From the NCBI RefSeq assembly GCF_017876815.1, contig NZ_JAGIOS010000001.1, positions 3,240,001-3,272,000 on the forward strand: 32,000 bases of DNA, given 5' to 3'. Made by a program: the position numbers and the translations under genes. The notes under the pieces were generated by a model. The model saw only the letters and a list, made by a program, of their open reading frames with translations. It ran no database searches and was not told where the DNA came from. Below, one piece after another: positions 18,600 to 27,338 of the stretch. Numbering within the stretch: position 1 is the first letter of the stretch; every line of letters begins with the position of its first letter. This stretch comes from Sinorhizobium meliloti (GTDB lineage Bacteria; Pseudomonadota; Alphaproteobacteria; Rhizobiales; Rhizobiaceae).

Positions 18600-19766
18600 A
18601 TGTCGGGATCGCGCATCTACATGGACTGGAACGCCACGGCGCCGCTTCTGCCGGAAGCGCGCGAGGCGCTCCTGTTCGCGCTCGATCAACTCGGCAATCC
18701 CTCTTCGGTCCACGGCGAAGGGCGTGCGGTGCGCGCCCTTGTCGAGAGCGCCCGACGCGATGTTGCCACTCTCTGCGGCGCGCAACCCGCAGCGGTCGTC
18801 TTTACCAGCGGCGCGACGGAAGCGGCGAACCTGGTGCTGACGTCTGAGTTCCGCATGGGGCGCACGCCGCTGAAGGCAGGCAAGCTCTATGTTTCGGCCA
18901 TCGAGCATCCGGCAGTGCGCGAGGGCGGGCGTTTCGCGCGCGAGGATGTTTGCGAGATAGCGGTGACAAACGCCGGGATCGTCGACTGCGCAGCGCTCGA
19001 AGATCTGCTTCGGGCCCATGACCGTGAGACCGGTCTGCCGATGGTGGCCGTGATGCTTGCCAATAATGAAACGGGCATCATTCAGCCGGTCGCCGAGGTT
19101 GCGGCGCTCGTGCGCGCGCATGGCGGCATCCTGGTCGTCGATGCGGTTCAGGCTGCCGGCCGGCTGCCGCTTTCGATCTCATCGCTCGGTGCGGACTTTC
19201 TGATCCTGTCGTCGCACAAGATCGGCGGCCCCAAGGGAGCGGGCGCACTCGTCGCCCGCGGCGAGATCATGATGCCTTCTCCGCTGATCCGCGGCGGCGG
19301 ACAGGAAAAGGGACACCGTTCGGGGACCGAGAATGCGGCGGCGCTTGCGGGCTTCGCGGCTGCGGCCCGAGCCGCGGCCGCGGATATCGACGGGCGCATG
19401 GCCGCCATAGCCGCGCTGCGCGACGGCCTCGAGGCGGAAATGCAGTCCTGCGCCCCCGATGTGGTCATCCACGGGCGAGACCAGTCCCGCCTGGCAAATA
19501 CATGCTTCTTCACGCTTCCGGGGCTGAAGGCCGAGACCGGACAGATCGCTTTCGATCTCGAGGGCGTCGCCTTGTCGGCAGGCTCGGCCTGCTCGTCCGG
19601 GAAGGTCGGGCAAAGCCATGTTCTGACCGCCATGGGCTATGATCCGCGCCAGGGTGCGCTGAGGATTTCGATCGGTGAGGCGACCACGCAAGCGGAAATC
19701 GAGCGTTGCGCGGCGGTATTCGCGAAAGTGGCGGCGCGGCGACGCTCGGCCGGACAGGCGGCGTGA
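18600..19766 (+). CDS. Class I (NifS/IscS-like) cysteine desulfurase, first gene of the suf cluster
   Basis: The 388-aa ORF has the PLP-lysine motif SSHKIGGPKG and the catalytic-Cys loop SAGSACSSG. Confidence 0.9.
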   Translation: MSGSRIYMDWNATAPLLPEAREALLFALDQLGNPSSVHGEGRAVRALVESARRDVATLCGAQPAAVVFTSGATEAANLVLTSEFRMGRTPLKAGKLYVSAIEHPAVREGGRFAREDVCEIAVTNAGIVDCAALEDLLRAHDRETGLPMVAVMLANNETGIIQPVAEVAALVRAHGGILVVDAVQAAGRLPLSISSLGADFLILSSHKIGGPKGAGALVARGEIMMPSPLIRGGGQEKGHRSGTENAAALAGFAAAARAAAADIDGRMAAIAALRDGLEAEMQSCAPDVVIHGRDQSRLANTCFFTLPGLKAETGQIAFDLEGVALSAGSACSSGKVGQSHVLTAMGYDPRQGALRISIGEATTQAEIERCAAVFAKVAARRRSAGQAA

Positions 19767-19789
19767 AGCGGAGAGCATTGAATGAAATT

Positions 19790-19809
19790 GCGGAAAAGCA
19801 ATTTTCCGC
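19790..19809 (+). terminator. Stem-loop between the first desulfurase gene and sufB (possible attenuator or processing site)
   Basis: GCGGAAAA, loop GCAA (GNRA-type), then TTTTCCGC form a perfect 8-bp stem. Only 2 T residues follow, so it is not a canonical intrinsic terminator. Confidence 0.35.
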
Positions 19810-19920
19810 TTGGCAAATGGGGTGAAAAACGCCTTTTAGCCATTACATAAGCGGTGCGCGAATACTTGCATCGTATTGACAAGCTGCCGGACCTTGGATC
19901 CGGCGAGATTGGAGAACGAC

Positions 19921-21390
19921 ATGCCTGCCGTGCAGGAAACCATTGATCAGGTCCGCCAGATCGACGTGGACCAGTATAAATACGGCTTCGAGACGACGAT
20001 CGAGATGGACCTGGCTCCGAAGGGGCTGTCCGAGGATATTATCCGTCTGATCTCGTCCAAGAAGAACGAACCGGAATGGATGCTCGAATGGCGCCTCGAG
20101 GCTTATCGCCGCTGGCAGACCATGGAGGAGCCGACCTGGGCGCGCGTCCGCTATCCGAAGATCGACTTCAACGACATCCATTATTACGCGGCGCCGAAGG
20201 GCACGACCGGGCCGAAATCGCTCGACGAGGTCGATCCGGAACTCCTCAAGGTCTATGAGAAGCTCGGCATTCCGCTGAAGGAACAGGAGATTCTCGCCGG
20301 CGTCGAGAAGTCGAAGATCGCCGTCGATGCGGTGTTCGATTCGGTCTCCGTCGTCACTACCTTCAAGGAAGAGCTGAAGAAGGCCGGCGTCATCTTCATG
20401 TCGATCTCCGAGGCGATGCGGGAACATCCGGACCTCGTGCGGAAGTATCTCGGTACGGTCGTACCGCAGTCGGACAACTTTTATGCGACGCTGAACTCCG
20501 CGGTCTTCACCGACGGCTCCTTCGTCTATGTGCCGAAGGGCGTTCGGTGCCCGATGGAGCTTTCGACCTATTTCCGCATCAACGAGAAGAACACGGGCCA
20601 GTTCGAGCGTACGCTCATCATCGCCGACGAAGGCGCCTATGTCTCCTATCTCGAAGGCTGCACGGCGCCGCAACGCGACGAGAACCAGCTTCATGCGGCA
20701 GTGGTCGAACTGATTGCGCTCGACGATGCCGAGATCAAGTATTCGACGGTGCAGAACTGGTATCCGGGCGACAAGCAGGGCAAGGGCGGCATCTATAATT
20801 TCGTGACCAAGCGTGGCGATTGCCGCGGCAAGAACTCGAAGATCTCCTGGACCCAGGTCGAGACCGGATCGGCCATCACCTGGAAGTATCCGTCCTGCAT
20901 CCTGCGCGGCGACGGTTCGCGCGGCGAGTTCTACTCGATCGCGGTTTCCAATGGTCACCAGCAGATCGACTCGGGCACGAAGATGATCCACCTCGGCAAG
21001 AACACGTCGAGCCGCATCATCTCCAAGGGCATTGCGGCCGGTGTTTCGGAAAACACCTATCGCGGTCAGGTCTCGGCGCACCGCAAGGCCGAGAACGCCC
21101 GCAACTTCACGCAGTGCGATTCGCTTCTGATCGGCGACCGGTGCGGTGCGCACACGGTGCCCTATATCGAGGCGAAGAATTCGACTGCGCAGTTCGAGCA
21201 CGAGGCGACGACGTCCAAGATTTCCGAGGACCAGCTTTTCTACTGCCTGCAGCGCGGCATTCCGGAAGAGGCGGCGATCGCTCTGATCGTCAACGGCTTC
21301 GTCAAGGAAGTCATCCAGGAACTGCCGATGGAATTCGCCGTCGAGGCGCAGAAGCTGATCGGCATCTCGCTCGAAGGCTCCGTGGGCTAA
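19921..21390 (+). CDS. sufB: Fe-S cluster assembly scaffold protein SufB
   Basis: From the ATG at 19921 (GGAGA SD) the protein is 489 aa. It shows highly conserved SufB blocks such as [35 protein letters not shown]. Confidence 0.97.
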   Translation: MPAVQETIDQVRQIDVDQYKYGFETTIEMDLAPKGLSEDIIRLISSKKNEPEWMLEWRLEAYRRWQTMEEPTWARVRYPKIDFNDIHYYAAPKGTTGPKSLDEVDPELLKVYEKLGIPLKEQEILAGVEKSKIAVDAVFDSVSVVTTFKEELKKAGVIFMSISEAMREHPDLVRKYLGTVVPQSDNFYATLNSAVFTDGSFVYVPKGVRCPMELSTYFRINEKNTGQFERTLIIADEGAYVSYLEGCTAPQRDENQLHAAVVELIALDDAEIKYSTVQNWYPGDKQGKGGIYNFVTKRGDCRGKNSKISWTQVETGSAITWKYPSCILRGDGSRGEFYSIAVSNGHQQIDSGTKMIHLGKNTSSRIISKGIAAGVSENTYRGQVSAHRKAENARNFTQCDSLLIGDRCGAHTVPYIEAKNSTAQFEHEATTSKISEDQLFYCLQRGIPEEAAIALIVNGFVKEVIQELPMEFAVEAQKLIGISLEGSVG

Positions 21391-21467
21391 GGCCCGCCCG
21401 AATACCGAACCGGCGCACGGAATTTGTGCGCGATAGAAGATTTCGTTTCCCAAGAGGACGAACACAC

Positions 21468-22223
21468 ATGCTTGAAATCAAGAACCTGCACGCACGCATC
21501 GCCGAGGACGGCACCGAGATCATCCGCGGCCTGAACCTGACGGTGAAGGCTGGCGAAGTCGCGGCCATCATGGGGCCGAACGGCTCCGGCAAGTCGACGC
21601 TCTCCTACATCCTGTCCGGGCGCGAAGATTATGAAGTGACCGAGGGCGACATTCTTTACAACGGCGAAAGCATCCTGGAGCTCGATGCATCGGAGCGAGC
21701 TGCGAAGGGCATCTTCCTCGCCTTCCAGTATCCGGTCGAAATTCCGGGCGTCGCCACCATGCAGTTCCTGAAGGTGGCGATGAACGAACAGCGCAAGTAC
21801 CGCGGCGAAGAGGAATTGACGACGCCTGAATTCATGCGCCGCGTCAAGGAAGCTGCCGCCGAGCTGAAGATCGCGCCCGAAATGCTGCGCCGTCCGCTCA
21901 ATGTCGGCTTCTCGGGCGGCGAGAAGAAGCGCGCGGAAATCCTGCAGATGGCTCTGCTCGAGCCGAAGCTCTGCGTTCTCGACGAAACCGACTCCGGCCT
22001 CGACATCGACGCGCTGAAGATCGTTGCCGATGGCGTCAACGCGCTGCGCTCGCCCGATCGCGCGGTCGTCGTCATCACGCACTACCAGCGCCTGCTCAAC
22101 TACATCGTTCCGGACACTGTCCACGTCCTCTACAAGGGCCAGGTCATCAAGTCCGGCGACAAGACGCTGGCGCACGAACTCGAGGCCAACGGCTACGCGG
22201 ATATCATCGAGGCGGCAGCCTGA
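21468..22223 (+). CDS. sufC: Fe-S cluster assembly ATPase SufC
   Basis: MLEIKNLHA..., with Walker A GPNGSGKST, ABC signature FSGGEKKR and Walker B LDETDSGLD. The protein is 251 aa. Confidence 0.97.
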   Translation: MLEIKNLHARIAEDGTEIIRGLNLTVKAGEVAAIMGPNGSGKSTLSYILSGREDYEVTEGDILYNGESILELDASERAAKGIFLAFQYPVEIPGVATMQFLKVAMNEQRKYRGEEELTTPEFMRRVKEAAAELKIAPEMLRRPLNVGFSGGEKKRAEILQMALLEPKLCVLDETDSGLDIDALKIVADGVNALRSPDRAVVVITHYQRLLNYIVPDTVHVLYKGQVIKSGDKTLAHELEANGYADIIEAAA

Positions 22224-22245
22224 CGCCTGTCGAAGGAGTGTTCGA

Positions 22246-23523
22246 ATGAATATGCAACAGGCCATCAAGATGACGGCGGCCGAAACGGCGCTCGTCGATG
22301 CCTATACGGCGCAGATCGGTGATCTGCCGGGCGACGGGGCCGTGCTGTCGCTTCGCGACACGCTGGTTCACGAGTTGAAGACGGCAGGTCTGCCGACGCG
22401 CCGCGTCGAAGCCTGGCACTATACCGACCTGCGCACGCTGCTGCGAGCGGTGCCGGCGGCCGATCCGACCGCCTTCGCCGATCGCGTAGAGCCGGTCGTT
22501 CCGGGCTCGTCTGTTCTGTCCGTGCGCAACGGCCAGGCGGATATCAAGAGCGTTCCCGAGCATTTGACGGCGCGCTCCTATACCGAGAGCCTGCTCGATG
22601 GTTCGGCGGTAGCCGGGCTCTCCGTCCTCGGCTCGGACGATGCGATCGGCCGGATCAATGGCGGCCTCGTGCGCGGCGGACTGGAAATCACCGTCGCCGC
22701 CGGCGCGCAGATCGAAGCTCCGATCGAAATCCAGGTGGTTCAGAGTCATGGTCAGGCGCATACGCGCTTTCCGGTTTCCTTCGGCGCCGGCGCGAAAGCG
22801 ACCGTGATCGAGCGCCATCTGTCGACGAATGCCGAGCCGAGCTTCGTTTCCTCGGTAAGCGACGTGACGCTCGCCGACGGCGCCGACGTGATCTGGATCA
22901 TCCTGCAGCAGCAGGGTCCGGCCGATACGCATCTCGGCCAGATCCGCTTCGATCTCGGCAAGGACGCGAAACTGCACCTCTTCGTCATCAATGCCGGCGG
23001 TAAGCTGGTCCGTCAGGAGCTGCATGGCCGTGCGAGCGGCGAGGGCTCCGACCTCACCCTGCGCGGGATCAACCTGCTCGGCGGCGACAGCCACACGGAT
23101 CTGACGTTCACGCTGAGCCATGACGTGCCGCACACGACATCGAGCGAGATCATCCGCAACGTCGTCTTCGATCGGGCGAAGGGCGTGTTCCAGGGTAAGA
23201 TCCTGGTCGCGCAGGACGCACAGAAGACCGACGCGAAAATGTCGTGCAACACGCTGCTCCTTTCCGACGACGCCGACTTCTCTGCGAAGCCGGAACTCGA
23301 AATCTTTGCAGATGACGTGCAGTGCGGTCACGGTGCAACGGTCATCGATATCGATCACACGCAGCTCTTCTACCTTCTCGCTCGCGGCATTCCGGAAAAC
23401 AAGGCGCGCGCGATGCTCGTCAATGCTTTCGTCGCCGAGATCGTCGAGGAATTGGAAGACGACGAGGCGCTGGTCGAGGCGCTGGAAGATATAGTCGCGG
23501 CCTGGCTCGAAAAGCACGCCTGA
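22246..23523 (+). CDS. sufD: Fe-S cluster assembly protein SufD
   Basis: An ATG at 22246 is preceded by an AAGGAG SD. The beta-helix core includes the conserved LLLSDDADFSAKPELEIFADDVQCGHGATV block. Confidence 0.93.
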   Translation: MNMQQAIKMTAAETALVDAYTAQIGDLPGDGAVLSLRDTLVHELKTAGLPTRRVEAWHYTDLRTLLRAVPAADPTAFADRVEPVVPGSSVLSVRNGQADIKSVPEHLTARSYTESLLDGSAVAGLSVLGSDDAIGRINGGLVRGGLEITVAAGAQIEAPIEIQVVQSHGQAHTRFPVSFGAGAKATVIERHLSTNAEPSFVSSVSDVTLADGADVIWIILQQQGPADTHLGQIRFDLGKDAKLHLFVINAGGKLVRQELHGRASGEGSDLTLRGINLLGGDSHTDLTFTLSHDVPHTTSSEIIRNVVFDRAKGVFQGKILVAQDAQKTDAKMSCNTLLLSDDADFSAKPELEIFADDVQCGHGATVIDIDHTQLFYLLARGIPENKARAMLVNAFVAEIVEELEDDEALVEALEDIVAAWLEKHA

Positions 23524-23535
23524 TTGGATAAAGAC

Positions 23536-24780
23536 ATGGAACATCCTGCGCCGCCGGTAGCGGCATACGACGTCGAAGCGGTCAGGAAGGATTTCCCGAT
23601 CCTTTCACGGACGGTCTATGGCAAGCCGCTTGTCTATCTGGACAACGGCGCGTCGGCGCAGAAGCCGCAACTCGTCATCGACGCCGTTGCCCATGCCTAT
23701 TCCAACGAATACGCCAACGTCCATCGCGGTCTGCATTTCCTGTCGAATGCCGCGACGGAGGCCTATGAACAGGCGCGCGAAAAGGTTCGCCGTTTCCTGA
23801 ATGCCCCGTCGGTCGACAACATCATCTTCACCAAGTCCTCGACCGAGGCGATCAACACGGTCGCCTACGGCTATGGAATGCCGAAACTCGGTGAGGGGGA
23901 CGAGATCGTCATCTCGATCATGGAGCATCACTCCAACATCGTTCCCTGGCACTTTATTCGTGAGCGGCAGGGCGCGAAGCTCGTCTGGGCGCCGGTCGAC
24001 GACGACGGCGCATTCCACATCGAGGACTTCGTCAAGTGCCTGACGGAGCGGACGAAGCTGATCGCCATCACGCACATGTCGAACGCGCTGGGCACGGTGG
24101 TTCCGGTCAAGGAGATCTGCCGCATTGCCCGCGAGCGCGGCATTCCGGTGCTTGTCGACGGCAGCCAGGGTGCGGTGCATATGCCCGTCGACGTCCAGGA
24201 CATCGATTGCGACTGGTATGTGATGACCGGTCACAAGCTCTACGGTCCTTCCGGCATCGGCGTGCTCTATGGCAAGACCGGACGGCTGAAGGAAATGCGC
24301 CCCTTCATGGGTGGCGGCGAGATGATCGAGGAAGTGACCGAGGACCGCGTCACCTACAACGATCCTCCGCATCGCTTCGAGGCCGGCACGCCGCCGATCG
24401 TCCAGGCGATCGGGCTCGGCTATGCGCTCGACTACATGGAGAAGGTCGGCCGCGAGGCGATCAGGGCACACGAGGCGAGCCTGACGGCCTATGCCCGCGA
24501 ACGCCTGTCTTCGGTCAATTCGCTGAGGGTCTTCGGCGACGCGCCCGGCAAGGGGAGTATCTTTTCCTTCGAGATCGCCGGCATACACGCCCATGACGTA
24601 TCGATGGTCATCGACCGTGCCGGCATTGCGGTGCGCGCCGGAACGCATTGTGCGCAGCCGCTCTTGAAACGGTTCGGCGTCACCTCCACATGCCGGGCGT
24701 CCTTCGGTCTTTACAATACCCGGGCCGAGGTCGATGCGCTGGCGGACGCGCTGGAACACGCACGCAAGTTTTTCGCTTAG
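23536..24780 (+). CDS. sufS: Class II cysteine desulfurase SufS
   Basis: The 414-aa ORF has the PLP-lysine motif TGHKLYGPSGIG and the catalytic Cys motif RAGTHCAQP. Confidence 0.95.
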   Translation: MEHPAPPVAAYDVEAVRKDFPILSRTVYGKPLVYLDNGASAQKPQLVIDAVAHAYSNEYANVHRGLHFLSNAATEAYEQAREKVRRFLNAPSVDNIIFTKSSTEAINTVAYGYGMPKLGEGDEIVISIMEHHSNIVPWHFIRERQGAKLVWAPVDDDGAFHIEDFVKCLTERTKLIAITHMSNALGTVVPVKEICRIARERGIPVLVDGSQGAVHMPVDVQDIDCDWYVMTGHKLYGPSGIGVLYGKTGRLKEMRPFMGGGEMIEEVTEDRVTYNDPPHRFEAGTPPIVQAIGLGYALDYMEKVGREAIRAHEASLTAYARERLSSVNSLRVFGDAPGKGSIFSFEIAGIHAHDVSMVIDRAGIAVRAGTHCAQPLLKRFGVTSTCRASFGLYNTRAEVDALADALEHARKFFA

Positions 24781-24790
24781 GGAGACGGAC

Positions 24791-25171
24791 ATGGGTCTCG
24801 AGCAAACACAAGAAAAAGTCGACGTCCGCGAAGGCATCGTTCATTCGGCCATTCCGCCGGAGGAACTGGCGCGCCTCAGCGACGACATCATCGCGGCGCT
24901 CAAAACCGTCTATGACCCGGAAATACCGGCGGACATCTTCGAACTCGGTCTCATCTACAAGATCGATATCGAAGACGACCGGATGGTGAAGATCGACATG
25001 ACGCTGACCGCGCCGGGCTGCCCCGTGGCTGGTGAGATGCCGGGTTGGGTCGAAAATGCCGTCGGCACCGTCGAGGGCGTTTCGGGCGTCGAAGTGTCGA
25101 TGACCTTCGATCCGCCGTGGACGCCTGACCGGATGTCGGAAGAGGCGCAGGTTGCGCTCGGCTGGTATTGA
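24791..25171 (+). CDS. sufT: DUF59/MIP18-family Fe-S assembly protein (SufT-like)
   Basis: The 126-aa ORF starts at the ATG at 24791 (GGAGA SD). It contains VYDPEIPADIFELGLIY and TLTAPGCP motifs. Confidence 0.85.
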   Translation: MGLEQTQEKVDVREGIVHSAIPPEELARLSDDIIAALKTVYDPEIPADIFELGLIYKIDIEDDRMVKIDMTLTAPGCPVAGEMPGWVENAVGTVEGVSGVEVSMTFDPPWTPDRMSEEAQVALGWY

Positions 25172-25266
25172 GCACCTGCCGATATTGATCCGTTGGCAAG
25201 CGGGCATTACATTCAGTCTGGAAAGCGCCGGGCCTTTAACCCGGCGATACGAAGGAGATGGAGCCT

Positions 25267-25659
25267 ATGGGCTTTGCCGTAATGAGCCTGACCGATGCCG
25301 CCGCCAGCCGGGTCCGGTCGATCGTGGAAAATGCCGGAGGCGAGGCCAAGGGCATCCGTATCAGCATCAAGAAGGGCGGCTGCGCCGGCATGGAATATGC
25401 CGTCGATCTCGTGAGCGAACCCAATTCGAAGGACGACCTGATCGAGCAACAGGGTGCGAAGGTCTGGGTGGCCCCCGAGGCCGTGCTTTACCTTCTGGGC
25501 ACGCAGATGGATTTCGAGACCACCACGCTGCGCTCTGGCTTCACCTTCAACAACCCGAATCAAACGTCGGCCTGCGGCTGCGGCGAGTCGGTGGAACTGA
25601 AGCCTGCGGATCTCGCAGCACTTGCCGAGCGCGGCGACGCGGTGGTCCGCGCCAGCTGA
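25267..25659 (+). CDS. sufA: A-type Fe-S cluster carrier (SufA/IscA/HesB family)
   Basis: KKGGCAGMEY and the C-terminal CGCGESV cysteine motifs are present. The ATG at 25267 has an AAGGAG SD 9 nt upstream, whereas the track start at 25258 abuts the SD. The start is uncertain to within about 24 nt. Confidence 0.88.
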   Translation: MGFAVMSLTDAAASRVRSIVENAGGEAKGIRISIKKGGCAGMEYAVDLVSEPNSKDDLIEQQGAKVWVAPEAVLYLLGTQMDFETTTLRSGFTFNNPNQTSACGCGESVELKPADLAALAERGDAVVRAS

Positions 25660-25683
25660 TTTCGTAGCCGCTGCGTTTCGAAA

Positions 25684-25737
25684 CGCCCCTCATCCGGCCT
25701 GCCGGCCACCTTCTCCCCGTTTTAACGGGGAGAAGGG
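25684..25737. repeat. GC-rich palindromic intergenic repeat, left copy (RIME/Sm-repeat-like), with internal hairpin
   Basis: CGCCCCTCATCCGGCCTGCCGGCCACC is followed by an 11-bp hairpin, CCTTCTCCCCG (25709-25719), loop TTTTAA, CGGGGAGAAGG (25726-25736). The motif recurs inverted at 25793-25843. Confidence 0.65.
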
Positions 25738-25792
25738 ACAAGCCGCGAGCGCTCGCCCTACATCAAATCGGAGCAAGACAGCAGCCGCGATT

Positions 25793-25843
25793 CCCCTTCG
25801 CCCCGCTTGCGGGGAGAAGGTGCCGGCAGGCGGATGAGGGGCG
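25793..25843. repeat. GC-rich palindromic intergenic repeat, right copy (inverted orientation)
   Basis: CCCCTTCGCCCCGCTTGCGGGGAGAAGG-TGCCGGCAGGCGGATGAGGGGCG. Its reverse complement, CGCCCCTCATCCGCCTGCCGGCACCTTCTCCCCGCAAGCGGGGCGAAGGGG, matches the left copy apart from two 1-nt indels in the arm and a different hairpin loop. Confidence 0.65.
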
Positions 25844-25872
25844 AGTCTTCGTCTAGGTGTCTAGTCCCGCCG

Positions 25873-27276
25873 TCACTCCGCCTTGATCTCTCCCATGCGG
25901 TTCCAAGCGTCCAGGCCGGCAATCTTGTATGCCTCGGCGAGGGTCGGGTAGTTGAAGGTGTTCTCGACGAAATATTCGACGGTGCCCTTCAGGTTCAGGA
26001 CGGCCTGGCCGATATGGACGAGTTCGGTCGCACCTTCGCCGATGATATGGACGCCGAGCAGCCGCCGCGTCCTGAGCGAGAAGATCATCTTCAAGAGTCC
26101 CGAATCCAGGCCCATGATGTGCCCGCGCGAAGTCTCGCGGAATCGGGCGATGCCGCATTCGTAGGGAATCCCGCGCTCTTTGACCTCTTCCTCGGACAGG
26201 CCGCAGGTGGATATTTCCGGCACGGCATAGATGCCGTAGGGGAAATATTTCTGCGGCTCCTTGGCGATTGCGCCGACCGCAACGCGGGCTGCGACGCGGC
26301 CCTGTTCCATCGAGGTCGAGGCGAGGCTCGGAAAGCCGACGACATCGCCGGCGGCGTAGATATTCGGAACCGTCGTCTGGAACGTTTCCGGATTGACCTT
26401 CAGCCGACCGCGGGCATCGGCCTCGAGACCTGCCGCGGGAAGGTTGAGCGCATCCGTCGCGCCCATCCGGCCGGCGGCGAAAAGCACCATTTCCGTCGTG
26501 ATCTTGCGGCCGTTGTCGAGGGTAAGCAGCACCTTGCCATTGTCGAGCCGCTCCACTTTCTCCGCCTTTTGGCCCAGGTTCAGTTTCATCGCGCGGTCGC
26601 GCAACTGATAGGTGAAGTCCTCGACGATCTCCCGGTCGATGAAATCGAGCATGGTGGTCTTCGGGTCGATGACCGTCACCTGGATGTCGAGGGCGCTGAA
26701 GATGGTGGCGTATTCAATGCCGATGACGCCGGCGCCGATCACCACAAGCGAGCGGGGCAGTTCACGGATGTCGAGCAGTTCGTCGCTGTCGACGACCGTC
26801 CTGCCGTCGAAAGGCATGTAGTCGGGCCGAAAGGGCTTCGTTCCCACGGCAAGCAGGATGCTGGTGCCGGAAACGAGCATGCTCTCGTCGTCGTCTTTGG
26901 AGATCTCGAGCGTCGTCGGCCCGACGAAGCTCGCCCTGCCACGGATGTGCTGTACGCGGTTTCGCGCGAACTGGTGCTCGAGCACCTCCACCTCGTGGTT
27001 GAGCGTGATGATGAGACGACGGCGCAGATCTTCGGCGCTGATTTCCTGCTTGACCCGGTAGGAGCGGCCGTAGAAGCCGCGCTCGCGCCAGCCGGTGAGG
27101 TTGAGCGCCGTTTCACGCAGCGTTTTCGACGGAATCGTGCCGGTGTGGACGGAAACGCCACCGACCCGTTTTCCCTGTTCGATGACGAGCACCTTCTTGC
27201 CAAGCTTCGCGGCCTGGATGGCTCCCCTGCGCCCGGCCGGACCACTGCCGACGACGATGAGATCGTACTGGTTCAT
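25873..27276 (-). CDS. sthA: Soluble pyridine nucleotide transhydrogenase (SthA/UdhA-type flavoprotein)
   Basis: From the ATG at 27276 the protein reads MNQYDLIVVGSGPAGRRGA (GxGxxG). GGVSVHTGTIPSK replaces the redox-active CxxxxC of lipoamide dehydrogenases, which is typical of SthA. The protein is 467 aa. Confidence 0.9.
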   Translation of the reverse strand: MNQYDLIVVGSGPAGRRGAIQAAKLGKKVLVIEQGKRVGGVSVHTGTIPSKTLRETALNLTGWRERGFYGRSYRVKQEISAEDLRRRLIITLNHEVEVLEHQFARNRVQHIRGRASFVGPTTLEISKDDDESMLVSGTSILLAVGTKPFRPDYMPFDGRTVVDSDELLDIRELPRSLVVIGAGVIGIEYATIFSALDIQVTVIDPKTTMLDFIDREIVEDFTYQLRDRAMKLNLGQKAEKVERLDNGKVLLTLDNGRKITTEMVLFAAGRMGATDALNLPAAGLEADARGRLKVNPETFQTTVPNIYAAGDVVGFPSLASTSMEQGRVAARVAVGAIAKEPQKYFPYGIYAVPEISTCGLSEEEVKERGIPYECGIARFRETSRGHIMGLDSGLLKMIFSLRTRRLLGVHIIGEGATELVHIGQAVLNLKGTVEYFVENTFNYPTLAEAYKIAGLDAWNRMGEIKAE

Positions 27277-27338
27277 GAACGCTTCCCCTGCTCGCGTGAG
27301 AATCGTTGTGCGATGCGGCATCTTTCGCGCAGGCACAG

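Noticed and set aside
19843-21465. 540-aa ORF on the minus strand, the longest unexplained ORF in the track
   Set aside because: It is exactly antisense to sufB, whose identity is unambiguous. The sequence is R/L/D/A-rich with no recognisable domain, which is typical of mirror ORFs in high-GC DNA. The same reasoning rejects 14788-16044 (antisense tyrS), 25807-27363 (antisense sthA), 22204-23544 (antisense sufD), 23605-24837 (antisense sufS), 21387-22268 (antisense sufC), 16066-17106 (antisense anmK), 17494-18522 (antisense hydrolase), 1634-2941 (antisense VWA gene), 11914-13038 and 13528-14715 (antisense AsmA-like gene), 7124-7993 (antisense helicase), 8808-9617 (antisense M23 peptidase) and 216-755 (antisense flavin reductase).
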